DNA from: Chlorokybus atmophyticus
Taxonomy: Eukaryota > Plantae > Mesostigma and Chlorokybus algae
Length of the DNA stretch: 7,245 nucleotides
Direction: 5' to 3'
Assembly (NCBI GenBank): GCA_009103225.1
Contig: RHPI01003256.1
Coordinates: forward strand, 1-7,245
Below the pieces are notes generated by a model. The model was not told where the DNA came from. It saw only the letters and a list, made by a program, of their open reading frames with translations, and did no database searches. Positions 6,157 through 7,245 of the stretch are shown in pieces (within the stretch, counting starts at the first letter, position 1; the number at the start of each line of letters is the position of its first letter). Both the position numbers and the translations under genes were made by a program.

Positions 6157-7088
6157 ACATTCACTATTCCACATGGAACTGACCACCATCTCGCTCCATT
6201 CGGAATCAGAGCAATGCGGTATAAGAGGTTGCATTGAAGTAGTTTGCAGTTGCCCCCAAATGTCTGTCACATATTGTTGTTGCATTGCAATTGACAGCGC
6301 AACAACTTGTTGGTAGCAATTGGTACTGGGAGGCACATAGGTGAACAGGCTGAGGTTGGCTCGTCTAATGGTTGCTCCTGCAACTCTTGCAGCAGAACTT
6401 CAAAGCCTTGCAAGTCATCAATGGATGCTTGCGCAAGTGCACAATCAAGCCCTTGCAATCCAAGTGTGGCTCTGCCTGTATGGAGTTGAAATTGAGTGAT
6501 ATGAGCAGCATGCTGCTCAGGTGGCTGTGGTGCCAAGCTGCGCGCGACTGCGACATGTGCAGCCAAGTGTTGTTGTGGCATTCTCACAACAGGTATTGGA
6601 GTAACATCCTCAGTAGCCACATTGCCATCCACCAACACAGTATGTTCTTCTGCAGTAACAGCAGGAACTGTATGCAATCTGCACATGTACACATCGTGTC
6701 AACCACGCGTGCCTCGAGATGACATCGCGTCACAGCAAAGAAGCTCAGCTGTGCTTCTTGCCTTGAGTCAAGGCAAGTCTCGTGCATGCGTGCACAGCAC
6801 TTGTCAATGCTAACAGCCCCCCCTTTCCTGAGTGCACAACCGCATATGTATACACCCACACATGTGCACATGCAGTTGCATGCCGCAGAGCCACACACAA
6901 GCGTTCATAACTAACTTGTTTACTTTGCAGTGTTCTTTGCTTTTTATGGTTTTTCTTGACAGCTATTGCCAATGGGGGCGGGGGCTATAGGCAAGTATGT
7001 ACAAGTCAAAACTAAACGCATTGAGCACAAAATGTTGCTGCCTAAACAGCAACTCGTGCACACTTATATACACGTCACAGAAGCCTCC

Positions 7089-7244
7089 TTACTGGCGAGG
7101 TGGGGCCGGCAGTCGAAGAGGCTGGTTTGCCGGGAGGGGAGGTCCGTACGGCCCATACTGGTACATATGCTGTTGCTGCTGCTGCGGCGGGCGAGGATAG
7201 TAGTTGCGCCCGCCATTGTTGCGATAGCCACCGCGAGACTTCTG
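7089..7244 (-). CDS. C-terminal low-complexity tail of a probable gag-like ORF running off the window end
   Basis: Open frame QKSRGGYRNNGGRNYYPRPPQQQQQHMYQYGPYGPPLPANQPLRLPAPPRQ* (TAA 7091-7089). It is on the same strand as, and upstream of, RT, where DIRS ORF1 is expected. The gag identity is positional inference only. Confidence 0.5.
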   Translation of the reverse strand, partial: QKSRGGYRNNGGRNYYPRPPQQQQQHMYQYGPYGPPLPANQPLRLPAPPRQ

Positions 7245-7245
7245 T

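Noticed and set aside
2250-6424. Exact 14-mer CAAGTCATCAATGG at 2250-2263 and 6411-6424
   Set aside because: The flanks do not align, and a 14 nt match has a reasonable chance of occurring in a window of this size.
480-6972. Remaining short ORFs in the track (e.g. 480..746, 716..898, 3167..3475, 4159..4500, 4511..4843, 5418..5648, 6372..6722, 6745..6972)
   Set aside because: They are antisense or alternate-frame shadows of transposon genes or LTR/leader sequence, with no motifs of their own.

Overview
Eukaryotic transposon-rich window, probably from a chlorophyte green alga (inferred from the half-tRNA PBS, a TGTAA signal and the element types). Single Ns at 2150 and 5200 divide it into three blocks. 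Blocks 1-2149 and 5201-7245 are pieces of one decayed tyrosine-recombinase (DIRS/PAT-like) retrotransposon family. The minus strand of 5201-7245 carries a gag-like tail and RT. The plus strand of 1-1218 carries RNase H and an adenine-methyltransferase domain. A recombinase gene (1052-1912, minus) is antisense to pol and overlaps its 3' end. Bases 5201-5250 are the exact reverse complement of bases 1-50, so the two blocks join into one ~3.9 kb element. Part of RNase H is repeated at 1913-2149. The middle block holds a Ty1/copia fragment (integrase C-terminus, linker, RT) interrupted by a second copia element (648 bp LTR, half-tRNA-iMet PBS, truncated gag). Two GC-rich tracts of back-to-back hairpins flank this copia nest (2529-2989, 5036-5197). 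These tracts are the main structure left unexplained. No intact host gene, rRNA, tRNA or CRISPR array was found.
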